This document shows, one piece after another, positions 25,783-26,766 of a stretch of DNA of 26,766 bases. How positions within the stretch are numbered: the stretch's first letter is position 1; every line of letters begins with the position of its first letter. Under the pieces are notes generated by a model. The model worked only from the letters and a program-made list of their open reading frames with translations. It was not told the DNA's origin and searched no databases. The translations under genes and the position numbers were made by a program. The stretch lies in contig JAYEKN010000022.1 of assembly GCA_034661015.1 (NCBI GenBank), forward strand, positions 1-26,766. The letters run 5' to 3'. The DNA is from Candidatus Cloacimonadota bacterium. GTDB taxonomy: Bacteria > Cloacimonadota > Cloacimonadia > JGIOTU-2.

Positions 25783-26688
25783 ATGAGTATGATAATAATT
25801 ATAATAATCCTGATTGCATTGTACACACAGGCAAAACCTTTGTTTCATGACAAAGCAAAATTAGCACGTTTTGCAATTATCCTGCTGATTCTGATAGGTA
25901 TTTTCGCCCAAACGATTAAAATCGTTCAACCCGGTCACATCAAGCTTCAAGTTCTTTTTGGTAAAGTCCAAAACCGCGTTCTTCATAGTGGTTTAAATTT
26001 TGTTAATCCCCTTGTAAATTTAGTTGATATGAGCGTGCGAACTCAGGAATACACAATGAGTTCTGGTCGCTACGAGGGAAGTGTTTCCGGAGATGATGCC
26101 ATAAAAGCACTAACTTCCGATGGTATTCTACTCCCAATGGACATCACTTGCCTTTTTCATTTAATCCCCAAAGATGCTCCGGAAGTGTACACAAAGCTTG
26201 GTGTAAATTATGAATCCAAAATTATTCGTCCGACTCTAAAAACCGCTATTAGAACAGTAATTAGTAACTACCCAATGGAAGAAATCTATTCTTCCAAAAG
26301 AGATTCCATTGCTTTTGAGATGAAAGATCGTGCCTTTACAGCTTTGAATAAAAGGGGAATCTTTGTTGAAGACCTGCTTTTGAGAAACATTAATTTGCCA
26401 AAACAAATCGAGCAGGCAATAAATGATAAGAAAACCGAACAGCAAAAATTCCAAAAAATGGTTTATACCCTCAAAAAAGAAGGGAAAGAAAAGGAGAGAA
26501 AAATCATCGAAGCACAGGGAATCAAAATTGCTAATGAAACTATCGCTAAAGGACTTACCGAAAAATATTTACAATGGTATAGGATTGATATGATGAAAGA
26601 ATTGATTGGCAGTCCAAACAACACCATCATTTTCATTCCAACCGGTGAAGACATCTCACCCATTATCAATGCAAATATGGGTAATTAA
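25783..26688 (+). CDS. SPFH/Band-7 (prohibitin/HflC-like) membrane protein
   Basis: RBS aaggag lies before ATG 25783. N-terminal TM; SPFH core IKIVQPGHIKLQVLFGKVQNRVLHSGLNFVNPLV; C-terminal coiled-coil region rich in E/K. Confidence 0.75.
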   Translation: MSMIIIIIILIALYTQAKPLFHDKAKLARFAIILLILIGIFAQTIKIVQPGHIKLQVLFGKVQNRVLHSGLNFVNPLVNLVDMSVRTQEYTMSSGRYEGSVSGDDAIKALTSDGILLPMDITCLFHLIPKDAPEVYTKLGVNYESKIIRPTLKTAIRTVISNYPMEEIYSSKRDSIAFEMKDRAFTALNKRGIFVEDLLLRNINLPKQIEQAINDKKTEQQKFQKMVYTLKKEGKEKERKIIEAQGIKIANETIAKGLTEKYLQWYRIDMMKELIGSPNNTIIFIPTGEDISPIINANMGN

Positions 26689-26700
26689 TTTAGAAGAAAA

Positions 26701-26745
26701 CTTGAGTCAATTCACCTTTTGTTGGATTGACTTGAGTTTTCTATT
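26701..26745 (+). terminator. Rho-independent terminator: 11-bp perfect stem cttgagtcaat/attgacttgag followed by TTTTCTATTT
   Basis: It begins 13 nt after the SPFH-gene stop codon. The loop is 14 nt. Confidence 0.6.
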
Positions 26746-26766
26746 TGAGTTCCAAAAAACATAAAT

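Overview
AT-rich (about 35% GC) bacterial chromosomal segment. Three encoded proteins end in type-IX-secretion (T9SS, Por) C-terminal sorting domains, which points to an FCB-superphylum-like organism (Bacteroidota, Fibrobacterota or Cloacimonadota type). Most of the window is core housekeeping: prmC-murA-pgpA, mgtE, rlmD, a PadR regulator, two ABC permeases, a four-gene tRNA cluster (Gln-Gln-Ser-Ser), nadK-pgsA, rpsT, a split methylmalonyl-CoA mutase and an SPFH protein. Gene strand switches twice (+ to 8214, - from 8248 to 16307, + from 16531). The parts the gene list does not explain are these. (1) A family of modular, highly base-paired 200-240 bp intergenic repeat elements, three copies in 27 kb. 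One copy sits exactly between two tRNA-Gln genes, and all three lie just after the 3' end of a gene, in the same orientation relative to flanking transcription. (2) At the 5' window edge, a remnant IS200/IS605-type HUH transposase whose C-terminus is replaced in frame by four 27-bp tandem repeats ending in a perfect 38-bp palindrome. A second palindrome with the same TTGGCCAA core and a (CAA)7 microsatellite lie upstream of the SPFH gene, which suggests a REP-like palindrome family. (3) Three T9SS cargo proteins: a secreted Endonuclease-I family nuclease, a gingipain-like C25 peptidase, and an unknown 597-aa protein. (4) Smaller items: a candidate PadR operator, an unannotated 50-aa hydrophobic ORF, a recurring motif in three terminator hairpins, and a coiled-coil membrane protein with a Gly/Tyr/Ser-rich tail translationally coupled to pgsA. 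No CRISPR array, rRNA or intact mobile element was seen.
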